In this document: positions 26,141 through 36,823 of the stretch, piece after piece
How the letters are laid out: each line of letters starts with the position of its first letter
Position numbering within the stretch: position 1 is the stretch's first letter
NCBI GenBank assembly: GCA_965215235.1
Contig: OZ244053.1
Coordinates: forward strand, 4,844,760-4,908,759
Direction: 5' to 3'
Length of the DNA: 64,000 bases
Source: Terriglobia bacterium
Lineage (GTDB): Bacteria > Acidobacteriota > Terriglobia > Versatilivoradales > Versatilivoraceae
Made by a program: the position numbers and the translations under genes
The notes under the pieces: model-generated
What the model was told of the DNA's origin: nothing
The model's input: only the letters and a program-made list of their open reading frames with translations
The model's database searches: none

Positions 26141-27847
26141 ATGCAGAAGAGATTCTGTCTCACCGTCCTGATCTCTTTGTTGGTGCTTCGGATAGGGATT
26201 CCCCTTTACCTCGGGGCAGGCAATCGTCCAGCCGATTCGACCTCCCTTGACATGACCTTTGTCGACGTCGCTGAGAAAGCCGGTCTCGATTTTCAGCACG
26301 TCAGCGGGAGTGCTGAGAAAACCTACATTTTGGAAGGAATGAGCGGGGGAGTGGCTTGGATCGACTACGACCGGGATGGTTGGCCGGACCTGTACCTAGT
26401 GAACGGCGGCCACTGGGAGGAGTTGCTGCAGGGCGAACGGAGTGTTTCCAACGCGCTTTACCGCAACAACCATGACGGCACCTTCACCAACGTTACCGGG
26501 AAAGCGGGGGTGGGCAACAGCCAGTGGGGAATGGGTGTCGCGGCGGCTGACTACAACAACGACGGCTGGATGGACCTCTACGTTTGCAACTACGGACCGA
26601 ACACGCTCTATCGCAACAACGGCAATGGCACCTTCACCGACGTCACCGCTCAAGCTCGGGTCGGGGATGGCCGCTGGGCGGTCAGTGCTGCTTTTGGGGA
26701 CTATGACGCCGATGGCCACTTGGACCTTTACGTGACCAACACCGTCACCTTTGACCACAAGAACCCGCCTCCCATGAACTGCCATTATCGCGGCATCATC
26801 GTCCAATGCGGCCCCCTCGGCCTGCCCTGTGACGCCGATGTCCTCTACCGCAATAACGGTGAGGGTGTCTTCGAGGATGTCACCCAAAAAGCCGGAGTGG
26901 CCGGGGTGAAGCCTTCCTATGGCCTCGGTGTGGTGTGGACCGACTACGACAACGATAAGGACCTGGACCTCTACGTGGCCAACGATCAGATGGCCAACTT
27001 CATGTTTCAGAATCAAGGCGACGGGACCTTCTTGGAGGTTGGTTTACTTTCCGGGGCCAGCTACTCCGATGACGGTATCGCCCAAGGCAGTATGGGAGTC
27101 GACTTCGGCGACTACGACCACGATGGATTCCTGGACATCTTCATCACTCACTTCGCCGACGACTACAACACACTCTATCGCAACCTGGGCAACGGGAATT
27201 TTCGTGATGTCAGCCACTTGGCTGAAGTGGCCTTCCCCAGTTGGTCGTTCCTGGCATGGGGCACCGGCTTTGTCGACGTCGACAACGACGGCTGGGAGGA
27301 TTTGTTCATCTCGAACGGGCACTTGTTTCCCCAAGTGGACCGCTACGATATGGGCCAAAGCTTTTACCAGCGCAGCCAGCTCTTTCGGAACTTGGGCAAC
27401 GGGAAATTCCGCGAGGCCAAGGCGGGGCTCGACCGGGTGAAACTCTGGTCCAGCCGAGGAGCCGCTTTTGCGGATTTTGACAACGATGGAGATATCGACG
27501 TCGCTGTCAACAATCTGGATGGAACACCCTGGCTGCTGCGGAATGATGGAGGCAGCCGGCGACGCTGGCTGAGCCTGCTGCTGGAAGGCGTGCAAAGCAA
27601 TCGCAGCGCCGTGGGAGCCCGAGTGACAGCCCAGGCGGAAACGGGTTTGCAGATTCGCGAAGTTCGGGCAGGGTCCAGCTATCAATCGACTCATGACCTG
27701 AGGGTGCATTTCGGCCTGGGCAAAGCCAGGCAGGTCAAGACACTGGAGGTCCGCTGGCCAGAGGGCACGGTACAGAGATTCACTAAAGTCTCCGGGAATC
27801 GGAGGTATCGGCTCAAGGAAGGAGGTCGTCTGGAGCGCAATGAATAG
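26141..27847 (+). CDS. CRTAC1-family protein (FG-GAP/VCBS beta-propeller repeats + C-terminal ASPIC/UnbV domain), paralog A (type I)
   Basis: ATG 26141 follows GGGAGGAG. Signal peptide is MQKRFCLTVLISLLVLRIG. Repeated D[YF]D[NRAH]DG[WHFD].D[LI][YF]V loops are present, plus the C-terminal ..NRSAVGARVTAQAETGLQIREVRAGSSYQSTHDLRVHFGLGKARQVKTLEVRWPEG. Confidence 0.85.
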   Translation: MQKRFCLTVLISLLVLRIGIPLYLGAGNRPADSTSLDMTFVDVAEKAGLDFQHVSGSAEKTYILEGMSGGVAWIDYDRDGWPDLYLVNGGHWEELLQGERSVSNALYRNNHDGTFTNVTGKAGVGNSQWGMGVAAADYNNDGWMDLYVCNYGPNTLYRNNGNGTFTDVTAQARVGDGRWAVSAAFGDYDADGHLDLYVTNTVTFDHKNPPPMNCHYRGIIVQCGPLGLPCDADVLYRNNGEGVFEDVTQKAGVAGVKPSYGLGVVWTDYDNDKDLDLYVANDQMANFMFQNQGDGTFLEVGLLSGASYSDDGIAQGSMGVDFGDYDHDGFLDIFITHFADDYNTLYRNLGNGNFRDVSHLAEVAFPSWSFLAWGTGFVDVDNDGWEDLFISNGHLFPQVDRYDMGQSFYQRSQLFRNLGNGKFREAKAGLDRVKLWSSRGAAFADFDNDGDIDVAVNNLDGTPWLLRNDGGSRRRWLSLLLEGVQSNRSAVGARVTAQAETGLQIREVRAGSSYQSTHDLRVHFGLGKARQVKTLEVRWPEGTVQRFTKVSGNRRYRLKEGGRLERNE

Positions 27848-28928
27848 CACGGACCTGAGAAGCATGAGCGGGACCTCGCAGGGACTCACAAAGACCCACG
27901 GACCGGCCGCCCGGCGGGGCATGGGTTCCGCTAAGGGATCGGCCCGAAAGCCGGACAACTCCCGGTGTTTGCGCCTGCGCTTTCTGCTGCAGGCGTCAGC
28001 GGTCCTTTGGATCAGCCTTTACAGTCCATCACTGGGGGCGGAGTCCCGCCATTACCGCGAAGCCAAAGACTTTTATGAGAAGCAACAGAATCTGATGGCG
28101 ATGCTGGCAGCCCAAAGGGCGGTGGAGGAAGATCCGGAGAATGCCGACCACGTCTTTCTCTACGGTCTGGTCTTGACCGATCTGAAGCAGTTCAGCGAGG
28201 CGGGTGTTCAGCTTCGCAAAGCTCTGACCCTCCAGCCGGACAATGCGGAGTTCCATTACCGCTTGGCCGCTCTCCTGTTGCAGGAGAAGATGGAGTGGAA
28301 GGCAACGCTGGGACTGGACCGGCGTGACAATAGCACCGTGGTCGTTTTGGGGACCGAACAGGAGGCTTTGAATTCCTTGGAGATGGCCGTCAAACTCGAC
28401 CCCAAGCACTTCAAGGCGCGCCTCCATCTGGGGCGCACTTATTACGACCGGAATCTGCACGACCGAGCGCGCCGGCAGTTCGAGGCGGTAGAGGAAAAGG
28501 ATCCGAACTATCCCTGGCTCCACTACCATTTGTCGATGCTCCACTCGACCGTCGGGGACGTGCAGGGGGCCATCCGCGAGTTGGAAAAGGAGCTGGAGCT
28601 CCATCCCGAACATTCCCAGGCGCGGCTGGAATTGGGGGAGTCGCTGGTCAAGACCGGTCGACTCAAAAGCGCCTTGACTCATCTCTCTCAGGTGGAGGCG
28701 CAAGAGGTGAATCCCGTAGACTTGAACTACGCCCTCGCCAAAGCCCACCGGGGCTTGGGCGATCCCGACCAGGCAATGGCCTCGGCGAAGAAGTGCCTCG
28801 AGATGGATCCCGAGTTCACCGACGCTCACTACCTGCTGGGCCAGCTCTACCGTGAAACGGGGCAGCCTGAACGGTCTCGCCAAGCCATGGAGACGTTTCA
28901 AAGAGTCAAGAAGAACCCGGTCCGCTGA
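27840..28928 (+). CDS. TPR-repeat protein, type I paralog A (8-nt overlap with the CRTAC1 gene)
   Basis: It has multiple 34-residue TPR-like repeats. The conserved block YEKQQNLMAMLAAQRAVEEDPENADHVFLYGLVLTDLKQFSEAGVQLRKALTLQPDNAEFHYRLAALLLQE is shared with the TPRs at 55990..57117 and 62296..63279. Confidence 0.8.
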   Translation: MNSTDLRSMSGTSQGLTKTHGPAARRGMGSAKGSARKPDNSRCLRLRFLLQASAVLWISLYSPSLGAESRHYREAKDFYEKQQNLMAMLAAQRAVEEDPENADHVFLYGLVLTDLKQFSEAGVQLRKALTLQPDNAEFHYRLAALLLQEKMEWKATLGLDRRDNSTVVVLGTEQEALNSLEMAVKLDPKHFKARLHLGRTYYDRNLHDRARRQFEAVEEKDPNYPWLHYHLSMLHSTVGDVQGAIRELEKELELHPEHSQARLELGESLVKTGRLKSALTHLSQVEAQEVNPVDLNYALAKAHRGLGDPDQAMASAKKCLEMDPEFTDAHYLLGQLYRETGQPERSRQAMETFQRVKKNPVR

Positions 28929-29291
28929 GCTCGGTCTGGTCTCTGTGGGTGAACCACGGCTGGCGGACCTGCCTCAAGGGCCAGATTCAAAAGGGCCGGG
29001 GGCCTGGGGAGGGCATCCGAGCCGACGAGGCAACCGCTCCTGTCCTCCCCCGGTATCGGTCGCGCAAAGATTGACTCCCAAGACTTTCCCCAAAAAACAA
29101 GTGAGACTTCTGCACAACTCAAAAATCTGACCATCGAACACTATATATAGTATGAAAGGCATCAGAAACCTACTACACAAAGCGTTTAGGTTTGGCCAAA
29201 CTGAGTTATGCGGAGGTCTCAAGTCTTACTCCACTCAAGTGATTGAAAGCAGGAGGGTCAGTAGATTCGACAAGTAGAACGGGTCGGATTT

Positions 29292-29477
29292 TCCAAAAAT
29301 GGGGAAACTCTCCTGAGGATTGCCACCGCCAGGGGCAGCGATGGGTGGGAGAAGTGCTGGATACGGCGTCGGATCATGCCAGCCATAGAAGCGGCCTAGC
29401 TACTGACGCGGCTCTGCCACTGATTACGGGGGGACAAGCCATTACCACCCTCTCACGCTCCAAAAATGGGGAAACTC
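29292..29477 (+). repeat. Perfect 19-nt direct repeat TCCAAAAATGGGGAAACTC (29292-29310 and 29459-29477) in the intergenic region upstream of the GWxTD gene
   Basis: Exact match read directly from the sequence, with 167-nt spacing. The second copy is followed by TTGACT-N18-AACAAT (a weak sigma70-like promoter). A 10-nt palindrome TTTGGCCAAA lies at 29191-29200. Confidence 0.8.
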
Positions 29478-29560
29478 CTATTGACTTCCCCACTTCCCCT
29501 GTCCAACAATAGCGTAAGGTGTAAGTTTGGCCTTCTAAATCGGGATCAGTCAGGTGCCTT

Positions 29561-31171
29561 ATGAAACGATTGACATTGAGATGGACTTGCTGGCTTCTTT
29601 GCGGCATTCTCCTATCACCTTTATTGGTGGTGGAAGCCCAGAAGAAAAAAGACAGGCAGCGGGAGAAGTCACTCCGCCGAGAAACTCAGGACCAGTTCTT
29701 GAAGAAGTGGCTCAAGCAGGATGTCTCCTACATCATCACGCCGCAAGAGAGGGACGCTTTTCAGAGGCTGACCAGCGACGATGAGCGCTATCAGTTCATC
29801 GAACAGTTCTGGTTGAGGAGAGATCCCAATCCGGACACCGTCGTCAATGAGTTCCGTGACGAACATTACCGGCGCATTGCCTACGCCAACGAACGGTTCA
29901 CTTCAGGCAAGATGGGCTGGAGGACGGACCGTGGCCGGATCTACATCATGTATGGTCCGCCGGATCAGATCGAGACGTTCCATGGGGGCGGCACTTACTA
30001 CCGGCCTCACTGGGAAGGGGGAGGAGTGAGCAGCACTCATCCCTTTATCAAATGGCGGTACCGCTACCTCGAGGGGATGGATTTGGGACAGGAAGTGATC
30101 ATCGAGTTCGTGGACCGCACCCTTACCGGCGAGTATCGGATGGCGCTCGATCCTTTTGAAAAGGACGCCCTAAAAAATACTCCGGTCGCTGACCTGACCG
30201 AGAATCAGAGAATGGGTCTGGGAGACGACAGCAGCCGTCTCACCCGTTTCCCATCCGGATTGACCTATCAGCAATTCCAGATCACCCAATTCAATACCCT
30301 GCGACAGTTGGCGGCTCTCAACCGAGCGCCCGAGATCCGATTCAAGGACCTCGAAACTGTGGTTGACACCAAGCTCACCTACAACCTCTTTCCCTTTGAC
30401 TATCGGACCGACTTTATCAAGATTACCGAGGACACGATCTTGACGCCGATTACTGTAGAAATGAAGAATCGTGACATGACCTTCAAGAAAGAGAATGGCG
30501 TCCACAAAGCAGCGGTCAACATCTTTGGCAGGATCACCACCATCACGGGGCGACGGGTTCAGGTTTTCGAAGAGGTTGTTCAGCAAGTAGCACCTGACTC
30601 CTTGTTCAAGGAAGCTCTGGAGAAGCGTTCCTTGTATCAGACTCGCATCCCCTTGCGCTCGGGGCTTTACAAGCTGGAGTTGGTGGTCAAGGAACTCAAC
30701 AGCGGCAACATGGGAACCGTCTATCAAAGCATCCGGGTGCCCAAGTTCCCCCAAGACCAACTCGCCACCAGTAGCATTATCCTGGCCGAACAACTTGAAC
30801 GACTTCCCAGAAAGCAGGTGGCTGCCGGACAATTCGTGATCGGGAGCTCGAAAGTCCTTCCCAGTGTCGATGAGGCTTTTGACCGAAGCCAGCCCATGGG
30901 AGTTTATTTTCAGATCTATAACCTGGCCACCGATGAGCAGACAAAGAAGCCGTCGGCCACCATCGAGTATGTGCTGAAGAAAGGCGGACAGGAAATCGGG
31001 CGAGCCTTGGAGTCTAAAGATAAGTTAGCCGGAGCGGCTCAGCAAATGACCTTGCAGAAGCTGGTCGCCCTGGAGGAGTTGGACCCCGGTCGATACAGCC
31101 TGGTGGTTAATGTCACGGACAATGTGGTGAATCAATCGGTAGCCCCCGAGGCTAAATTCGTGGTGCGCTAG
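29561..31171 (+). CDS. GWxTD domain-containing secreted protein
   Basis: Signal peptide is MKRLTLRWTCWLLCGILLSPLLVVEAQ. The diagnostic motif is GKMGWRTDRGRIYIMYGPPDQIE. Confidence 0.85.
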   Translation: MKRLTLRWTCWLLCGILLSPLLVVEAQKKKDRQREKSLRRETQDQFLKKWLKQDVSYIITPQERDAFQRLTSDDERYQFIEQFWLRRDPNPDTVVNEFRDEHYRRIAYANERFTSGKMGWRTDRGRIYIMYGPPDQIETFHGGGTYYRPHWEGGGVSSTHPFIKWRYRYLEGMDLGQEVIIEFVDRTLTGEYRMALDPFEKDALKNTPVADLTENQRMGLGDDSSRLTRFPSGLTYQQFQITQFNTLRQLAALNRAPEIRFKDLETVVDTKLTYNLFPFDYRTDFIKITEDTILTPITVEMKNRDMTFKKENGVHKAAVNIFGRITTITGRRVQVFEEVVQQVAPDSLFKEALEKRSLYQTRIPLRSGLYKLELVVKELNSGNMGTVYQSIRVPKFPQDQLATSSIILAEQLERLPRKQVAAGQFVIGSSKVLPSVDEAFDRSQPMGVYFQIYNLATDEQTKKPSATIEYVLKKGGQEIGRALESKDKLAGAAQQMTLQKLVALEELDPGRYSLVVNVTDNVVNQSVAPEAKFVVR

Positions 31172-31605
31172 CACAGCCTCGGGAAAGAAGCAACGCTGCC
31201 GGGCCGGGCTGGTGGCTCTACGATCCAATACTCGCCTGAATCCGATCGGAATGCACAGGTAGATTCCGACACAAGTTGTTTTCGTGAATCGGTTATTCTC
31301 GATCAGGGCGGTGTTTTGCCGTCGAAAACGTCGTCATTTAGCAAAGGTAGAGAATCGCATTCGTTGCTTTATGTTCTCTTTCTAATGTTGGTGCTTGTTT
31401 GGTTTTGTCCAAAACCTTGTTAACAAAAACACCACCAGGATTTTTTCGTTTTTCTCTCCTTATTAAGATTAAGCGATTCTTAGGGTCCAAAAGCTTACCT
31501 GGAGTTCGGGGGGGAAAAGATGTTAGCATGGGTGAAATCCTGAGGGCTACTTGTGATGAGATCTTCACCGTGAAGGCAATTTACTCTGACTGGTTGTCAC
31601 TATCT

Positions 31606-33435
31606 ATGGTTCCCATGCTTATGCTGGTCTTGACCGGTTCTCTTTTGGCGAGTTCCAGGCAGGAAGGTCGTTCTGTCCATAAGGTGATCAAGCCTGTTCC
31701 CTCTCTGGGCAGCATCGCCCCGAGCTCAGCCCCGCTAGGTAGCTCCCGCGTTACCATGACAGTAACGGGTGACGGATTCGTGGATGGAGCTTCGCTGGTG
31801 CGGTGGGATGGGAAAAGCCTGCCCACCACCTTCGAGAGCACAAGCCAACTCAAAGCCCATGTCTCTGCAGCACGGTTGACCTCCCCCGGTGATTTCGTTA
31901 TCACGGTCTTCAATCCCGAGCCTGGTGGTGGGACTTCCACCTCTGTGACATTCACGGTCTCGGATTCACAGAGCTCCCTGGACTTGTTCGTTCCGGTTGT
32001 GGTGTCTGTCGCAGGACTCAATGATTCCTTTTTCACCTCTGAGCTGACCTTGACCAATAAAAGCACTACTCCGGTTACCTTGGACCTCCAGTACACGGCT
32101 GCAGTAGGTTATGGAACAGGTCGCGTCTCCAACATTGAATTAACTCCGGGTCAACAAATCGAGCCAGACGCCATCGAGTATCTGAGAAGTCTGGGAATCC
32201 CTATTCCAGCCTCAGGTAGTCGAGTGGGAACGCTAATGGTTAGAGCCTTCGGAACCTCTTCACCTTCGGATGTCGCCGTGACGGTCAGAACAAGTTCACT
32301 GGTCCCCGAAGGACGAGCCGGGCTATCCTACACGGCTGTCCCCTTGGCCACCGGAGCTCTCACAGGCCCTTCCTACCTTTGTGGTTTGCAACAGACTGCG
32401 ACCGATCGGTCCAATGTGGCCGTCCAGCATGCGGGATTGTCGGGAAACATCACGTTACGTCTCACCGTCTTTTCGGGCAATGTTGCTGTGTCTTCTCCCC
32501 AATTAGTCGCGGAGGTGACGCTGCCTCCGGGAGGATTCAAGCAGTTCAACGGAATTCTGCAGTCGGAAGGCCTGATGCTGGACAATGGCTATGTGAAAAT
32601 CGAAAAGGTGTTCGGCGAGGCTCCTTACTATGCCTATGCAGTGATTAATGACCAGGCAAGTTCTGATAGTTCGTTTGTTGCTCCCGTTCGGGCGAACTGG
32701 ATGGCCGGAAGCTCTGGATTAACCCTGCCGGTTATCGTGGAGGCAGGAGAGTTTCGCAGTGAATTGATCGTTGCCAATTGGTCGTCTGATATTAAGACCA
32801 TCACCTTCCGATTCGTTGATAGTGACATCGCTAACGGGCAACTTTCCTTTTCGATGGACGTCGGGGCAGGATCGCAACGAATCCTCGGCGATTTCGTAGA
32901 ACACCTCCGAGAGCTCGGCTACTCCGCTGATCTACCTCGGGGCCGTACCTATGCCGGCCCTCTGATGGCCACTGTCAACGGCAACAGTGACGGATTGTTC
33001 CTGGGGTCTCGCACTTCTAAGCCAGGAGGAGGGGGGAAGTACGGAGTTTTTTGCCCAGCCGTGCCAATTGGGACCGCGTTCAGCACGGGGGCTTGGCTGT
33101 ATGGGCTTCAGCAAGATAGTGATGACCGAACCGACTTAGCCCTGCTGACAACTTCGAGTCGGGATAACAACGGCAATGTTTATGACATTGACTTGTACGA
33201 TGGAAACAGAGGCCTGAAGGTGAAGACACTTACCCAAGAAGTTCCCGCTAATCAATGGGTCCAAATTGGAATGATTCTGGGGCAGGCCGGGATCACCCAG
33301 GGCTATGCTCACGTCAAGCGAATGGTTGGAGACAATGATTTCATTACCTATGCGGTGATCAAAGACGGGGAAAAGCCAAATGAGCGTAGTGGCGATGGGG
33401 CCTTTATCCCTGGAGTTGCGGATAGCGTACCTTAA
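31606..33435 (+). CDS. Secreted protein: N-terminal IPT/TIG-like Ig domain plus two copies of a ~220-aa uncharacterised domain
   Basis: Signal peptide MVPMLMLVLTGSLLASS starts at ATG 31606 (alternatives 31528 and 31399). The IPT-like segment is SIAPSSAPLGSSRVTMTVTGDGFVDGASLVRWDG...VITVFNPEPGGGTSTSVTFTV. The internal duplication is LFVPVVVSVAGLNDSFFTSELTLTNKS...YAYAVINDQASSDSSFV versus LTLPVIVEAGEFRSELIVANWSS...ITYAVIKDGEKPNERSGDGAFI. Confidence 0.65.
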   Translation: MVPMLMLVLTGSLLASSRQEGRSVHKVIKPVPSLGSIAPSSAPLGSSRVTMTVTGDGFVDGASLVRWDGKSLPTTFESTSQLKAHVSAARLTSPGDFVITVFNPEPGGGTSTSVTFTVSDSQSSLDLFVPVVVSVAGLNDSFFTSELTLTNKSTTPVTLDLQYTAAVGYGTGRVSNIELTPGQQIEPDAIEYLRSLGIPIPASGSRVGTLMVRAFGTSSPSDVAVTVRTSSLVPEGRAGLSYTAVPLATGALTGPSYLCGLQQTATDRSNVAVQHAGLSGNITLRLTVFSGNVAVSSPQLVAEVTLPPGGFKQFNGILQSEGLMLDNGYVKIEKVFGEAPYYAYAVINDQASSDSSFVAPVRANWMAGSSGLTLPVIVEAGEFRSELIVANWSSDIKTITFRFVDSDIANGQLSFSMDVGAGSQRILGDFVEHLRELGYSADLPRGRTYAGPLMATVNGNSDGLFLGSRTSKPGGGGKYGVFCPAVPIGTAFSTGAWLYGLQQDSDDRTDLALLTTSSRDNNGNVYDIDLYDGNRGLKVKTLTQEVPANQWVQIGMILGQAGITQGYAHVKRMVGDNDFITYAVIKDGEKPNERSGDGAFIPGVADSVP

Positions 33436-33534
33436 GAACTATTGCTACTTCACCCCTCAGATTCAACTAACATCCTAACCAGTCAAACACGTTCTCCTGT
33501 CCATCCGGTTGCAGGGCAGAGCAAAAAAGCTGTC

Positions 33535-35771
33535 GTGAGGAAACGACACCGCCTGCTCCTCCCCACCCTAGGCCGATTAATCCTAGCGGTTTGCGGTCGA
33601 GTCGCTAGTCGATCCTATCACCTGTTGATTTTCTGGTTGCTCGGTAGTTTGCCAATACAGGCACAGAGGGGCCGGTTGGCAATCCAAACAGTCCCTCACT
33701 GAGACCCCAGCCTTACCAGCGCGCCGAAGCTTGCCTACCGTGTCACCAACGTCAGTACGACGAGCTGCGCAGTTCGGTCAAATCCGGCTACCGCAGTGTC
33801 AGTTCTGTATTCAATGCCTTGGAACTGGCTGGAAATTTCCTGAGCGGAGGCCGGCTACGGCCCGTCTATGGAGACAGCACGAAACTTACAGCCATCGACG
33901 TCACCGGAGTCGCGGGTCAAGGCAAGCCGCTCAACACCAACATGAACAGTGCGGCCTCCTTCACTCATATTAACCAAGTTCAGGCTGCCTTCTGTATTGG
34001 ATGTCATAACCCTCATATAGTGTTGATGGGGGAAGATCCTAACCAAAGGGAAATCCCCGAGCTGGAAGGGGTAGGCGGCAACTTTCGTCCGGATCAGATT
34101 CGCCCCTTGCGAGACTACCATTTTGTAGACAGCGCTAACCAACAAGTCCTGCCAGTTGAGATCGGTGGACCAGCACCGCCGGGTGCTGGACCGTCGCTGG
34201 GAGCCGATGGAATTACCTGTGATGTCTGTCATAACATCGCGGCTCCCGATCTGGACCGCAGCCCCAACCGTGATGGTCTTTCCAATGCCAGCTTTGAGTT
34301 ACTTCCCTCCATCAGCAAAGTAGGTCCCTTTTTGTTTCCGGCGCCCGTCAAGAACAACTTCCACGTTGCCAGTCGCGACCCCGTCCGGATTGCCTACTTG
34401 CGGAGCAGCGAATTCTGTGGTGGATGTCATGATGTCCGCGTACCTGGGGACGGTTCGGGTTCTCTGACCCACCAGGAAATCAGTCGGAACCCCGAAAGTC
34501 GGAGTGTCAGCCTTTTCCGGCTCGAAAATCTGAACACCGAGTGGATGACGGGTCCCTACAACAGTACCCAGAATCCATTTGGCAAGATCGTCCGTTGTCA
34601 GGACTGCCACATGTCTTTGTTTCCTTATAGCGGTGAAAGCACCTACCAAGTGGGAGAAATAGAGGTCACCAGTCCAACCCCAGGCCATTTTCCCTTGGAC
34701 TTCGCCGCCGTGCCGGGCATTTCGACAGACCTTGACTACCCACTGCAGAAGCGACCGGTGGTCACTCACTACATGACCGGAGTCGATGTGCCGCTCCTGA
34801 GGACAGAGGAATTGCGGACACGTCTCGGAGCGAACTACCCGGATGTCAATGAGCCCGGGTCGGATCAGTACGGAATTCCGCGGTCGCTGGCCAAGCGACG
34901 GGAGGATCTTTTAAGGGCTTCGGTTCGAATCAATCTGGACAAGTCAGATCGTAATGCACGGCTGGGCCAGCCTCTGATGGTCAGAGTGACGGCCGTGGCA
35001 CTGACCGGCCACCGTTTTCCGGCCGGATTCTCTCAAGAACGAACCGCCTACATCGAGCTCTCGATCCGGGACAACAAGGGATTTCTGGTCTACCAGTCCG
35101 GGTATGTCGTGGACAAGCCCCACCCGGAAGTCGGAGAGTTTGCCCCTGACGGGAATCTCGATGACGAAGATCCTGAGCACCTGCATGCCGTTGTCGACCC
35201 GGGAAGCCCGGTTACCCCCTATCGTGTGGGGCAATTCACCAACGGACATCGGAATCAGGTGTTCGAGCTGGGTCCGGACAACGGACCCGATGCGCGAATT
35301 TTTGTTGGAAAAGCGAGTGGCTTGGTGTTGTGGCGCAATGAGTTGACCCGGGTTTTCTTGCCGGGCGAAAGCCTAGGCCGCTTCAATGAGCAGGGTAATC
35401 CTCTCGTCTTGACCAGACCTCATTTTGAGGAAACCTTCAGCGCCGTGCTGGCAAACTCCGTCGACAACTACCGCTCGTTGCCACCATTGCAACCCAGGAC
35501 CTACAATTATGAAGTGATGCTTCCGACTAAAGAGGAACTGGAACTACTGGGGGTTGGAGAGCTGGAGTCGCCGCTCCGGGTTCACGCTCAAGTCAACTTC
35601 CTCCACTTCCCACCCTTGTTTCTGCGGTTTATGGCGAGAACCACCAGCGCCGAGGGGCCGGCAGGGCGCGACTTCCACCTGATTGACGAGAAACTCATTG
35701 ATGATCTCCTGGTTAACGTGCGCAGCATTGCCTCGGCAGATTTGACCATTGACTTGGTGGAACCACGATGA
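33535..35771 (+). CDS. Pentaheme c-type cytochrome (~740 aa) with a large C-terminal non-heme domain; apparent 1-nt frameshift near 33660-33670
   Basis: Five CXXCH motifs are present: CLPCH (upstream of the track ORF start, in the same frame from 33648), CIGCH, CDVCH, CGGCH and CQDCH. The signal-peptide-like N-terminus (VRKRHRLLLPTLGRLILAVCG..LLIFWLLGSLPIQAQ) lies in the frame of track ORF 33442..33702. A TGHRFPAGFSQER motif is also present. Confidence 0.7.
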
Positions 35772-36614
35772 GAAAGGAAAAACAGCTCTTGGCTTACTTG
35801 GCCGTGTTGCTCGTGGCCTTGTCCCTTTGGATTGGTTACAGAGAAGCATGGTCGCAAAATTCTCAACTTGGCTCCCGCGAAAACAATCCCAACTACTTGC
35901 GTCGCAACCCCTTTTACTTCGAAGGTAAAGTTGACTATGAGCTGTTAGGAATCGACCAGCCAGCGGATGCCTGGGAATTCATGCAGAGAGGAATTCACCG
36001 CCAAGATGATCTGCAGGATCGGGAGGGGGCCATTCAAGATTATCAAAGCGCGATCGAACGTAATAATCCGGAGAACGGCTCCTGTCAAATTGTCACAACT
36101 TTGCCTTCAACGACTCTGGAGTTCCAGCAGCTTACCCCAGCTCCCTGTCTCTTTACACCCCGGCTCAGGCTCGGGTATCTCCTGATCCACGAAGACCCGA
36201 TGCAAGCCATTGAGTTTTTTCGCCAAGTGATCGACATTGATCCCCAACGATTGGAGGTGAATGCACTCGTTGGCGAAGCGTACGAAATCTTGGGGGGGCC
36301 GGGCGTCGGACCCTGAGGAAAAGAGGGCGTTTTATTTGGAAGCAGTCAAAGCGCTGAAGGCAGAGTTGGTCCTTTCGCCGATCACCGAGTTGACCCGTCG
36401 CTTGACAGGTGATGAGGCTAACAATGCCCATACCCACTGGATGTTGGCAAGAATTCAGGAGAAGTTGGAAAACTATCCGGAGGCACTGGTTGCCCTCGAT
36501 CAATACCTTAAGGCTACCCAATGGCACAGCGACGTCTATCCGTGGCGGATTCCCCTGGCGCAACGACGTATTGAGGGATTGGAAGCGCGTCTCGGTCCAA
36601 TATCAGGCGACTAA
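35768..36614 (+). CDS. TPR-like repeat protein with N-terminal signal anchor; frameshift at the G7 run 36292-36298
   Basis: An ATGA overlap links it to the cytochrome stop. Track ORFs 35768..36316 and 36261..36614 join as ..VNALVGEAYEILGG|RASDPEEKRAFYLEAVKALKAEL... Length is 3n+1. Confidence 0.7.
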
Positions 36615-36823
36615 ATGGGAGCGACGGTTTCGAAGAGGACTCACCCATCGTTAAGAGAAGCTCCAGTTGTGATTATGGATTGGGCTGACTTGAGAAACTT
36701 CACCTCCAATAGCCAGCCTCGCGGGGCTTCTCGAGGATGAGGGCGTCGGCCAAAAAGCCGTCTTTCTAGGTGCTTGATTTCTCAATTGTCTTTGTTTCTT
36801 TGTGAGGGTCTGGCTCATCGAGC

